Source: an uncultured Bacilli bacterium (GTDB taxonomy: Bacteria > Bacillota_I > Bacilli_A > RF39 > UBA660). Taken from it: a stretch of DNA of 64,000 nt. The first letter of the stretch is position 1. Each line of letters opens with the position of its first letter. Below the pieces are notes generated by a model that searched no databases, was not told the origin of the DNA, and worked only from the letters and a program-made list of their open reading frames with translations. Below, piece by piece: positions 1 to 9,130 of this stretch. The position numbers and the translations under genes were made by a program. The stretch spans positions 7,292 through 71,291 of the forward strand of contig CAKOQC010000006.1 of NCBI GenBank assembly GCA_934101175.1, written 5' to 3'.

Positions 1-71
1 CCTCGCGTTTTCTTCGTATATTTTATCACATATTAAGAAATATTTCATTAATTATATTAGAAAAGGAAATC

Positions 72-1871
72 TTATTTGGAGATTTCCTTGTTATTTTCTA
101 AGATATCTACTCTATTTATGATATTTTTATTAATTTTTTCTAGAAGTATTTCTTTATTTAGAGGTTTTATTAATATATCACTAAAGCCCATCTTTAAGTA
201 TTCTTCATTATATTCATATTTATTATCTTTACTTAGTAAGATTACTGGTATATTAAAGTTTCTTATTCCTTGTAAGTTCTTTAACATTTCATATCCTGAT
301 ATTGTATTTAATTCTTCATCTAATAAGATTAAATCATATCTATTTCTAGTCTTAATTTTATTATAAGCATCTCTTCCATTTAATGAATAATCAATATTTA
401 TATTACTTCCTTTAAGTAGTTTTTCTATTATCTTGATACTAGGTTCACTATTATCTATAATTAATATTTTCTTATCTTCTAGAATACTTTGATATTTCTT
501 CTCTTCTTTATTTGGAGTTTTATCTATTTTCTGATCTAGGATTATCTTTATTTTATTTCCTGATCCATAATTAGATGTTAATACCATAGTACCATTCATT
601 AAAGTTATTAATTTATAAGATTCTGAGATATTTTTATTATCTATCTTAATCTTTTCTAGTTCACTACTTTTAATACCCATACTGGAGTCTTCAATAGTAA
701 TTATTAATCTTACGATATCATTTTTAATAATAGTATTTATATCTAATTCAACATATCCTTTTTTAGTAGATTTAACACTATATGTAAGTAATAAATTAAT
801 AGCTTTCTTTAAACTAATATTATCTCCATATAGAGATTCTGGAATGCTATGATCAATATTAGTTCTAAATTCTAAGTTCTTATTATGACATATATCAGTA
901 TAACTACTGATAATTGTTCTAAGTAACATTTTTAAATTATAACTACTATTATATATTTTTATATTTGATGAATCTATTGCTGATACATCTAAGATATCAT
1001 TAGTCATCATTCTAAACTTAGAAGTTTCTCCCTTGATATTTCTAGCAGATTCTTTATCTGTATCAATATCATCACTATCAATAATTATATCAGCTTCATT
1101 ATCAATATTCTTAGTAGTAGCTCTAATTTCTTGGGTCATATTATATAAGAATAAAGTCTTTTCTTCGTTGGCATTATCAGATATTTCTTTAGCTTCATGC
1201 ATTTCTTTAAGTAGTTTCATGTCTGGGTTTTCTATGGTGAAGTACATTAAGAATGTTATAAATGCGTGAATTGGTACTGCTAACAATAGTCCTGGATTTT
1301 CATATTGAATGAAAGAGCCAACACCACCAATAATAATAAACAATACTAATGGTAAGAAACGCTTATCTCTAATATTTTTTCTATTATATATAAGGCAAAT
1401 AATTCCAATAATAGTAAATAGCATTGATGAAACATAAACAATATTTACACTGCTACCATAAGTATAAGTTATTTTACCATCACAATAAAAACTAATTGGT
1501 AATTTAAATATTAAAACCGAAAAAATTATTAATAGAATCATAAAAATAGTTCTTACTGTTTTTTTGTATTTTTCTTGATTATTCATATTTAGTGTAATAA
1601 TCATTATATATAAACATAAAACTGTTATCCATAATTGTAAAAAAACGCAATATAATTTAGCTACAAAATAACTAATAACTGTTATCGTTGAATATAATGG
1701 CCCTACAAAGTCTAATAATAATTCCAAAATTAATTCAGTAATAGCTACTATAACTAAAAATATATATATTTTATTCTCCTCATTTTTTAATCTTTTCTTA
1801 TTAAAATATACTATAATTAACAATAACATATATGCTATTGCTTCTATTAAGAAAAATATTCCAGTACTCAT
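72..1871 (-). CDS. Membrane-bound hybrid histidine-kinase-like protein with C-terminal receiver domain; the kinase core appears degenerate
   Basis: The N-terminus has ~7 hydrophobic TM segments. An H-box-like segment 'LFLYNMTQEIRATTKNI' resembles 'ShEiRTPLn' but carries Q in place of the phospho-acceptor His. The N-box-like 'AINLLLTYSVKST' and the G-boxes are degenerate ('IEDSSMGI', 'NYGSGNKI'). The C-terminal receiver keeps the Asp in 'DLILLDEEL' and 'ILIKPL'. Confidence 0.55.
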   Translation of the reverse strand: MSTGIFFLIEAIAYMLLLIIVYFNKKRLKNEENKIYIFLVIVAITELILELLLDFVGPLYSTITVISYFVAKLYCVFLQLWITVLCLYIMIITLNMNNQEKYKKTVRTIFMILLIIFSVLIFKLPISFYCDGKITYTYGSSVNIVYVSSMLFTIIGIICLIYNRKNIRDKRFLPLVLFIIIGGVGSFIQYENPGLLLAVPIHAFITFLMYFTIENPDMKLLKEMHEAKEISDNANEEKTLFLYNMTQEIRATTKNIDNEADIIIDSDDIDTDKESARNIKGETSKFRMMTNDILDVSAIDSSNIKIYNSSYNLKMLLRTIISSYTDICHNKNLEFRTNIDHSIPESLYGDNISLKKAINLLLTYSVKSTKKGYVELDINTIIKNDIVRLIITIEDSSMGIKSSELEKIKIDNKNISESYKLITLMNGTMVLTSNYGSGNKIKIILDQKIDKTPNKEEKKYQSILEDKKILIIDNSEPSIKIIEKLLKGSNINIDYSLNGRDAYNKIKTRNRYDLILLDEELNTISGYEMLKNLQGIRNFNIPVILLSKDNKYEYNEEYLKMGFSDILIKPLNKEILLEKINKNIINRVDILENNKEISK

Positions 1872-1893
1872 TCACACTTACCTCCTCAAAAAC

Positions 1894-3660
1894 TTATTTA
1901 CTTTTAATTCTTTTTTTATTCTTTTTATCATTTTCGTATTCTTCTATCGCCATTTTTTCATATTTTTTATAGTCTATCTTATCAGCTTCTGTTAAATCTA
2001 TTTTATCTACAAAGTCTATACTTGTTGGTATTTCAAATGAATTAAGCTGAATTACATCATTATTAATATCAAACAATTTTTTTGTACATTGCTCAAGAAT
2101 ATAATTTCTGGTATTTTCATCTGGTAAAATATCTTCTTTAAGTACTACGTATGCTTTACCAGTAAATCTTGTGTAATCATCTGGTTTATCTACTACGACG
2201 CAAGATTTAACAATATCAAGTAAAGATATAAAGTTTTGTACTTTTTCACAATATACTTTATTTCCATCACTTAATATATAAAATCTTGATTCTCTACCAG
2301 TAAGTGAAAAATACCTATCTTCTGAAAGTTTTCCAACAGTTCTTGTATTATAATACTCTTTACCATCAATAGTAATTTTTTCTTGTGCAGTTAATTCTGG
2401 GCTTTTATAATAACCTTTAAAAACATTTTTACCATGTATTAGTAAAGTACCCTCTTCATTGTATTTTACCTCTTGCATTGTTTCAGAATTTACCACTAAT
2501 GGTTCTTCTCCAACAAGAATTCTACCAACTGTATTAGGTCTAACTTTTGTACCAACAGAACTAGACCATGTGGCAACGGTTTCTGCATTACCAGCTCCAT
2601 TACAGAAGGTCATATTGTTACAATTATGTTTAGCAAAAAACTCTCTTCCCATTTTTTCAGTCTTTTCTGTGAAAAAGTCTCCTCCGGTTACAAATGTATG
2701 ACCTAAAGATAAATCAACATCATCAGGAACAATACTCTTAAGTACGTCTAGCAATGCTGGACTGCCATAATAATAATTAATTTTAGGTAGGATTTTTCTA
2801 ACGTTTTCATTATTAAGTCCGTCAGGAACTAGTACTACTGTTCTACCACACATCATAGTTAAAAGAACTGATGTTGCAAAGCCATAAGGATACTTAAATG
2901 GAACAAAACATAAACATTTATCCCCCTTAGTTTGTGGCAAATTGATAGTGTTTTTTATATAAATACCAGAAGCTAAAACATTTTCATTAGTAAGTAGCAC
3001 TGATTTTGGATTACCACTCGAACCACTGGTATATAATATTAAAGCATCCTCTTTACTACTGTGAATAGGATTAATAAAATTTTTATAGTATTTAGCTACA
3101 TTAGCTAAGTCATTATATGAGATAAAATCATTATAACCAATTAATGAATTACTGCTGGTATTAAACTCTTTAGTATATAATTTATTCTTACTTAAAGTAA
3201 TTATTTGCTTAACTTTAGTATCTTTTTTTATTTCTTCATTATATTCTTGACTTCTATCATAGTTAATAAATAATGGTGACTCAAAAAGATTTAAATACTC
3301 TTTAATTTCATTGTCTGAAGCTCTATAATTTAGAAATGTAGTTATAGCTCCTATTCTATTTGCTGCTAAAAAAATTGCTACAGCTTGATATGTATTAGGC
3401 ATACATATTGTAATTATATCACCTTTTTTGATACCTAATTCTTTAAGAGATTTAGATATTGTTATTGTATCATTAAATAGTTCATTATAGTTAATATTTA
3501 AATCTGCACATTCTATGGCATTTAAGTCTTTATTAAAACTATTAATTAATGATATTGCATTATATATACTCATATTAGGTATAATTGGGTTTCTTTTAAA
3601 ATAATTAAACCCAGCATCATGTGTTTTATCTATACTTGGATAACCTGTTTTTTCTTTCAT
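1894..3660 (-). CDS. AMP-dependent synthetase/ligase (adenylate-forming enzyme, acyl-CoA ligase-like)
   Basis: The AMP-binding signature 'LILYTSGSSGNPKSVLLTNENV' is present. The N-terminal region is typical of acyl-CoA synthetases ('IPNMSIYNAI...NINYNELFNDTITISKSLKELGIKKGDIITICMPN'). Length is 588 aa. Confidence 0.8.
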   Translation of the reverse strand: MKEKTGYPSIDKTHDAGFNYFKRNPIIPNMSIYNAISLINSFNKDLNAIECADLNINYNELFNDTITISKSLKELGIKKGDIITICMPNTYQAVAIFLAANRIGAITTFLNYRASDNEIKEYLNLFESPLFINYDRSQEYNEEIKKDTKVKQIITLSKNKLYTKEFNTSSNSLIGYNDFISYNDLANVAKYYKNFINPIHSSKEDALILYTSGSSGNPKSVLLTNENVLASGIYIKNTINLPQTKGDKCLCFVPFKYPYGFATSVLLTMMCGRTVVLVPDGLNNENVRKILPKINYYYGSPALLDVLKSIVPDDVDLSLGHTFVTGGDFFTEKTEKMGREFFAKHNCNNMTFCNGAGNAETVATWSSSVGTKVRPNTVGRILVGEEPLVVNSETMQEVKYNEEGTLLIHGKNVFKGYYKSPELTAQEKITIDGKEYYNTRTVGKLSEDRYFSLTGRESRFYILSDGNKVYCEKVQNFISLLDIVKSCVVVDKPDDYTRFTGKAYVVLKEDILPDENTRNYILEQCTKKLFDINNDVIQLNSFEIPTSIDFVDKIDLTEADKIDYKKYEKMAIEEYENDKKNKKRIKSK

Positions 3661-3727
3661 ATACTCCTACTCCCTTTATGATTTATTATTTTATTTAATT
3701 TATCTATATTTTCATAACTTTATTATA

Positions 3728-4054
3728 TCAAATAATACTTTTTATTTCTATATAATTCTTAAAGCTTATTGTTTTTCCAAAATAAGATATTGCTTTAGTA
3801 TTTAAATTATCAATATTCTCATGACACATATATTGATATGCTGTCATATTAGGAATTTTAGCTTCTATAGCATTCTCACTATAATATTTAAGCCATGGCT
3901 TATCAATAGATAAATATGCTGTGTTAGGTCCTAATAAATTTCCTAGAGCTAAGTTTCTTAAATATTTATTTCTTTCAAGTATTTCATCATCAGTAAGTGT
4001 ACTTAATTTTTCTTTTAATGCTAATAAATATTCTTTTTTCACAATTATCCCCAT
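3728..4054 (-). pseudogene. N-terminal fragment (108 aa) paralogous to the N-terminus of the adjacent AMP-dependent ligase; likely a gene remnant
   Basis: 'SIDKPWLKYYSENAIEAKIPNMTAYQYM...NLNTKAISYFGKTISFKNYIEI' aligns with 'SIDKTHDAGFNYFKRNPIIPNMSIYNAI...DLNAIECADLNINYNELFNDTITI' of ORF 1894..3660. 'KPWLKxY' is the usual acyl-CoA ligase N-terminal motif. The ORF ends long before the AMP-binding core. Confidence 0.45.
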
Positions 4055-4249
4055 TCGAATGAGCTATTATATACTTTTTATACTTATTTTTAATTATAAG
4101 CTCTATTTTGGCGTTTCTATGCCTTATTATAACACTTATTATATAAATTTGTAAATTATTATAATATGAGTTTTTTTAATAAAATACCCTTAAAACTCTT
4201 TATACTAATATATAGATTATAAATATAGAGAATAAAGATATGATGATTA

Positions 4250-5581
4250 TTAATAATTTTTATATATACTTAAATCTAGAATAGTATCCTTTTTAGGATA
4301 TTTATAATAAATATATTTCATAATAGAAGTGTTGTACTGAGAATACTCATGATTTTGAGTAAATACTTCTTTTTCATCTAGAAGAAATTCACACTGATTA
4401 TTTTTGCAAATATTTTCTATTTCATTAATAATACCAGTACTTCCTGATGAACCAAGATTGCCATCATTTAATAAATCATACTTAGTTATAGGTAGATTTG
4501 CTTCTAATTTTATAAGATAACTATTCTTATTAATAATAAATATTTTTTTATCTTTATTATCATCTAAATAAGTAATTATAGTGTCTAAATATTCTTTAAA
4601 GTATTTACTATGAGGTATGATACGATATTTTATTAAATTAATATCATTTAGGAATGTATAATCTTTATACTTTAGTAGATAAGCACTATTAGAAAAACTA
4701 TATATAATGAATACTAGGAAAGAAATTTGAAGAATTTTTTTAGATAGTTTTAGATTATTTAGAAAGTATCCTAATGAAGGGATAAAGGCTATCATAGTAT
4801 GATATCTATCTATTATGGGATAAGCAAATAGTAGAAAACTTATTAAATAGATTATCTTTATATCTTTAGTTTTAAAATATTTAATTATTAAGTAGATAAA
4901 TGAAGTTATTAATAGAAAGATACCTACTGGTTCTGTTACTAAATTATCTTTAGCAAATGATTTTATTCCTAAGAAACAATAATCTATAAAATTATATAAG
5001 ATATTATTTTTAATTAGATAGATTAGAAAGATAATGTTAGGAATAAGAAAGCCTACTATTCTTTTGAAGATTTTCTTATAATTTTTTATAAATAAAGTAG
5101 GAAGACACAGATAGATACCTACATTTTGTTTAGTTAAGAAGGTTAAGCCTAGAATAAATCCTAATAAGTAATCGTTTTTATGATTGTTTTCTAAGTCCAT
5201 TAAGATATAGAGAAATAATAGACATAGTATAGAATAATATGGACTACTATATGGCATAAGTAATAAGTATATTAAATAGTAGCTTTTATGATTTTGCTTT
5301 TTCATATAATAGAAAATTATAGTACATATGATGGCATTAAATATATGAAATGTTAGAAAACTATTACCAAACATTTTTAGAATTAGGGCATTTATCATGG
5401 GATACAAAGGTGTTATTACCATATTGAAGTCTTTATATGGAATAAGTCCGGTATAAATATTATAAGCAAAACCATAATTCCATACTTCATCATGAGTTAC
5501 TTCATTACATAGTAAGTTAAATAATAGGGTTATGATAAAGATTAATAATAATTCTAATAAGGATTGTTTATGTTTATTCAT
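4250..5581 (-). CDS. Polytopic integral membrane protein, possibly GT-C fold glycosyltransferase/polymerase-like
   Basis: 443 aa with >10 predicted TM helices. It has an acidic loop motif 'HDEVWNYG' near the first periplasmic loop, as in the PMT/ArnT-like GT-C enzymes. No soluble catalytic domain was recognized. Confidence 0.3.
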   Translation of the reverse strand: MNKHKQSLLELLLIFIITLLFNLLCNEVTHDEVWNYGFAYNIYTGLIPYKDFNMVITPLYPMINALILKMFGNSFLTFHIFNAIICTIIFYYMKKQNHKSYYLIYLLLMPYSSPYYSILCLLFLYILMDLENNHKNDYLLGFILGLTFLTKQNVGIYLCLPTLFIKNYKKIFKRIVGFLIPNIIFLIYLIKNNILYNFIDYCFLGIKSFAKDNLVTEPVGIFLLITSFIYLIIKYFKTKDIKIIYLISFLLFAYPIIDRYHTMIAFIPSLGYFLNNLKLSKKILQISFLVFIIYSFSNSAYLLKYKDYTFLNDINLIKYRIIPHSKYFKEYLDTIITYLDDNKDKKIFIINKNSYLIKLEANLPITKYDLLNDGNLGSSGSTGIINEIENICKNNQCEFLLDEKEVFTQNHEYSQYNTSIMKYIYYKYPKKDTILDLSIYKNY

Positions 5582-5642
5582 GATAGTCCTCCTGATAAGG
5601 ATATTTTATCATATAAAAGAAAAAAAGTAATTATTCATTACT

Positions 5643-6617
5643 TTATAACTCTAATTTACTAATAAAATCTTTTAATTCGAATGTATTTTCTATACGATCA
5701 TTTAATGGTGGCATGTTATAAGCTATTTTTGAACGAGATTCAAATTCAAAGTCACTTACATCTTTTGGTGTTAATAAACTTTTGTTTAGAACGATTTTTT
5801 TACCTTCTAATTTATCAAAAGTATTTTTATTTATTAGCATCATTTTATTTAGTTTAATTGTGCTAGGTTCTATTAAGTATATTACTTCATCACATAAACT
5901 TTCACCAGTAGAATTATTTAAGTCTACTAGTATCATGTTAGCATTGCCAAACTTGTTAATAGCAGCATTTAAGTTTCCTTGATTTACAGAATACATATCT
6001 CTTTCATTGAAATATCCAAAATCATTTTTATTTACTTCAATGGCTACAACATAGTCTTTTTGTGATAGAATTTTCTTTAACATATATATTAGGGTTGTAG
6101 CACCAGCACCATTTGTCATATTTTTGAATCCTATAACACGAGCACTTCTTGAAGAGTGGAATTGTGGTTCTTCATCATCTTTGTGGAAGAATCTACTCTT
6201 CTTTTCAGGCTTGCTAGTATCTTCTGTATTAGCATCCATATCTAATTGATGGATATGAGCTACATCTTTATAAGTATTAGGATGATTATATAGATACATT
6301 AGTGATTCTTTATCTTTACCAAAGTTATATATTCCCATACTTATTAATTTTGATAAGTAACTATTATCATTAATTAAATTATTATCTAATAATACTATTA
6401 CTTTATCCATTTCTAAGCCCATGGATAATTTTTGAATATTAGAAATATCATGATAATTTTTAAGGGCTGTTATATCTAAGAACATTCGATTAAAAAAGAA
6501 ATTAGAGAATGTGCTTATTAATTCATCAGCGGTAAATTCTCCATTTATTGATTTAATTACGTCGATGTCTAGATTTTCTAACAATCCTTTGTTTTTATTT
6601 GATACGATTACATTCAT
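5643..6617 (-). CDS. TadZ/CpaE-like pilus assembly protein (pseudo-receiver N-domain plus degenerate MinD/ParA-like ATPase domain)
   Basis: It is the last gene of the Tad operon. The C-terminal half carries a deviant P-loop-like 'VIGFKNMTNGAGATTLIYMLKKIL' and a MinD-like fold pattern. The N-terminal ~110 aa is receiver-like and lacks a classic acidic pocket. Confidence 0.4.
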   Translation of the reverse strand: MNVIVSNKNKGLLENLDIDVIKSINGEFTADELISTFSNFFFNRMFLDITALKNYHDISNIQKLSMGLEMDKVIVLLDNNLINDNSYLSKLISMGIYNFGKDKESLMYLYNHPNTYKDVAHIHQLDMDANTEDTSKPEKKSRFFHKDDEEPQFHSSRSARVIGFKNMTNGAGATTLIYMLKKILSQKDYVVAIEVNKNDFGYFNERDMYSVNQGNLNAAINKFGNANMILVDLNNSTGESLCDEVIYLIEPSTIKLNKMMLINKNTFDKLEGKKIVLNKSLLTPKDVSDFEFESRSKIAYNMPPLNDRIENTFELKDFISKLEL

Positions 6618-6635
6618 AACTAATTTCTCCTTATA

Positions 6636-7148
6636 TTATTTCTCTCTAACAACTACTCTTGTTTCTCCAGATATTTTCCATAATCCTTGAATGACGTCTT
6701 CATCATCAGCACGTCCTCCGAAAGTAAGAATGTTGTTTAGAAATGGTAAGCTCCAGCCAACATATGTAGATACTTCATAGTACATACCTTTAGTGTTTTT
6801 AGCTTTTCCAGCTTCACGAATAACTATTCCTAATTGGTTACAATGTGCAACTTGTCTTCCAGCATCATTAGTCATATTTATTTTATCGCAAATATTTCTT
6901 TCACTAAGATTATAATTCATATTACCTAATATTTCATCAGTTAGGAACTTTTCGAAATCTTGCATTTTCTTTCCGGTTTGTAATTCTGAAATGCTAGTAA
7001 TTTCATTTTCTTCAATGTAATCAATAATTTTATTTTTTACTTTGAAGGCTTTTGCATAGTTTAGTGAAATTGCTATAAAACCTACATATATAACTATAAA
7101 TACTAAGAATATTTTGACCATAAAGGCTCCGCCAAAGGCATCCTTCAT
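6636..7148 (-). CDS. Small membrane-anchored protein of the Tad operon (TadE/pseudopilin-like candidate)
   Basis: It has a single N-terminal hydrophobic helix 'VKIFLVFIVIYVGFIAISL' followed by a soluble domain. It lies immediately downstream of the pilin gene. Confidence 0.3.
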   Translation of the reverse strand: MKDAFGGAFMVKIFLVFIVIYVGFIAISLNYAKAFKVKNKIIDYIEENEITSISELQTGKKMQDFEKFLTDEILGNMNYNLSERNICDKINMTNDAGRQVAHCNQLGIVIREAGKAKNTKGMYYEVSTYVGWSLPFLNNILTFGGRADDEDVIQGLWKISGETRVVVREK

Positions 7149-7190
7149 ATGTTATCACCTACTTTTTATTTCATATTTGTTAATTTTTAA

Positions 7191-7349
7191 TTATTTTTGA
7201 TTATACCCAGCAGTGTTTCCACCTTGGCCCCATAATCCACCAATAGTGTTTTGGATATTTCCCCATTGACTTGCTAAGATAGCTCCGATTACACCAATGG
7301 CTACTAATGTTACAACAGTCATTGATACTTCACCAGTTGCTTCTTTCAT
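7191..7349 (-). CDS. flp: Flp/Fap-family pilin-like small protein (52 aa), absent from the ORF track
   Basis: The reverse strand translates as 'MKEATGEVSMTVVTLVAIGVIGAILASQWGNIQNTIGGLWGQGGNTAGYNQK'. It is preceded by a strong RBS (GGGAGGTG, 7 nt before the ATG). The short charged leader plus hydrophobic helix is Flp-like. It sits between tadC and the TadE-like gene. Confidence 0.55.
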   Translation of the reverse strand: MKEATGEVSMTVVTLVAIGVIGAILASQWGNIQNTIGGLWGQGGNTAGYNQK

Positions 7350-7423
7350 TGTCTCACCTCCCTATCATTAATATAATTTGATTATAACACCTTTTTTATA
7401 TTTTGACTATATTTTATATTATT

Positions 7424-8215
7424 TTAACCGCCAATCATTGTAAATGACGCTATTAACATCAATACTAGAGCGGCTCCACCAGTACATACTAACATTTTCA
7501 TGGTCATGTTTTCCATGGTAGTTAATCTGGCTTGATATTTTTGCTCTCTGGCTTTTAATTGAAGAGCAGATACAGTTTTAGAGAAAGATAACATTTGCTC
7601 ATGTTTTTTATCTTGTTCTCCTAAACTTAAACGATATAATAGACGCATCATTCTCATTGAATCTCTAACTGGATATTGATTAGCAAAATCCATATATGGA
7701 TCAACAGATGAGTCACCATTTTCTATTTTAGCTACTAATTCACGAAGTCCTGGTTTGAATACTTCAGGAGCATCTTCAATAGATCTAGCAAGAGCTACTG
7801 GTACAGTATAGTGTTGTACTAATACCTCTAAGCTTTTTAAATAGTATGGTAATAATGAATCTATAGTATTTAAATTTTTTTTATAAAATTTCTTTAAATC
7901 TAAATATTGTGATTTAAATACAAAATATCCAAAAGCAATAGATATTAATATATATAATGGTTTTAAATCAGAGATGAAGATAAAGAGCATGATAACCATG
8001 GCTGCTAGACCTTGCATTACTCTTTTTCTGAATACTTGTCCAACATCATATATTTTATCACCATATTTTGTTCTTAATAGAAATTCATAATCTTTTTCTT
8101 GAAGTAATTGAAATATTCCTTTATTTTCTCCAAAGAATTTAGTAGTACTTATAGTACCATTATAGATAAAGATAAAGAAGACAATTACTCCTACTAATAA
8201 TAATTCTAAATGCAT
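7424..8215 (-). CDS. tadC: Tad pilus inner-membrane platform protein TadC (T2SS-F domain)
   Basis: TM segments flank a cytoplasmic domain ('LLPYYLKSLEVLVQHYTVPVALARSIED...DFANQYPVRDSMRMMRLLYRLS'), as in GspF/TadC. It is adjacent to tadB and cpaF. Confidence 0.65.
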   Translation of the reverse strand: MHLELLLVGVIVFFIFIYNGTISTTKFFGENKGIFQLLQEKDYEFLLRTKYGDKIYDVGQVFRKRVMQGLAAMVIMLFIFISDLKPLYILISIAFGYFVFKSQYLDLKKFYKKNLNTIDSLLPYYLKSLEVLVQHYTVPVALARSIEDAPEVFKPGLRELVAKIENGDSSVDPYMDFANQYPVRDSMRMMRLLYRLSLGEQDKKHEQMLSFSKTVSALQLKAREQKYQARLTTMENMTMKMLVCTGGAALVLMLIASFTMIGG

Positions 8216-9111
8216 TATTCAGCCCCCACATTCTCATTATAGTACTTCTCTCCTTTTAATAGGAAGTAACTATTTATTAGGACAACACCATGTACTAATA
8301 TTTTCATAATGACATTGTCTAACATTTCGATATAGGATTCTACTCCTAGAATTAATTGGATTAACATTATTAATGAATATAAGGTTACTCCAAATACTAG
8401 GAATTGTCTGTGGAATTGTTTTCTGTCTGATCTATCACGATATACTCCTTCTACTAAGATATCGATATCATTTAACATGTTATCGAAGGTATCTTCAGTA
8501 TTTTTAGCACCTTCTTTAGTTACTTGAAGGAATAATTGATGCATGTTTTTTACCATGTAATATGGATATTTAGCATTCATGTAATTGATTGATTCAGTTA
8601 CATCGCCTTTTTCATATGATAAAGCTATCATTGTTTTAACGTCAGATAATACTGGTTCATCAAGTACTCCTGATTCTACAACACCTTCAAGAGCTTTAAT
8701 GAACGATTGGGTAGTATTAAATTCCATAATAGTATTAGTTGTATATACTTGTATTTGTTCAAAAATAAATTCACTATATTGTCTTTTACATCTTAAATAT
8801 GTTAAATATGGAATAGTAGCTACTGCTATTATGGCATATATAATTACTACTACTAAGTTATAGAAATATAGATAACCAATAACTCCTGCTACTACAGCAA
8901 ACATAGTTACTTGAATAGTATATTGTCTAGTGGTATATTCAAGTCCTAACTCTTTAATTTTTTCACGCATTACTTTATATGAGTATGGTGCAAATTGGTC
9001 ATAGGCAACAGTAGCTTGGCTTTGTAAGAACTTATATATTCCTTCACCAGAACTATTTCTATATGTTACTACAAATATTAAGATAAGACCTATTATTATA
9101 AATATTCCCAT
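8215..9111 (-). CDS. tadB: Tad pilus inner-membrane platform protein TadB (T2SS-F domain)
   Basis: It is a polytopic protein with a T2SS-F-like topology and is translationally coupled to tadC (shared 8215). Confidence 0.6.
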   Translation of the reverse strand: MGIFIIIGLILIFVVTYRNSSGEGIYKFLQSQATVAYDQFAPYSYKVMREKIKELGLEYTTRQYTIQVTMFAVVAGVIGYLYFYNLVVVIIYAIIAVATIPYLTYLRCKRQYSEFIFEQIQVYTTNTIMEFNTTQSFIKALEGVVESGVLDEPVLSDVKTMIALSYEKGDVTESINYMNAKYPYYMVKNMHQLFLQVTKEGAKNTEDTFDNMLNDIDILVEGVYRDRSDRKQFHRQFLVFGVTLYSLIMLIQLILGVESYIEMLDNVIMKILVHGVVLINSYFLLKGEKYYNENVGAE

Positions 9112-9130
9112 ATAATCACCTACTTTCTTA

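Noticed and set aside
76-366. Short ORFs overlapping or antisense to long genes (76..366, 1033..1269, 2459..2701, 3921..4154, 5782..5982, 8585..8863, 9155..9379, 13436..13774, 15297..15482, 27653..27877, 31711..31905, 35166..35402, 40750..41148, 42091..42426, 42730..43204, 45950..46237, 49494..49706, 51792..52019, 52963..53178, 54127..54483, 57577..57946, 61526..61762, 62839..63057)
   Set aside because: All lie inside or antisense to much longer ORFs that have clear protein-family signatures. Their sequences are low-complexity I/L/F/S-rich, as expected from the AT-rich antisense strand. They are spurious.
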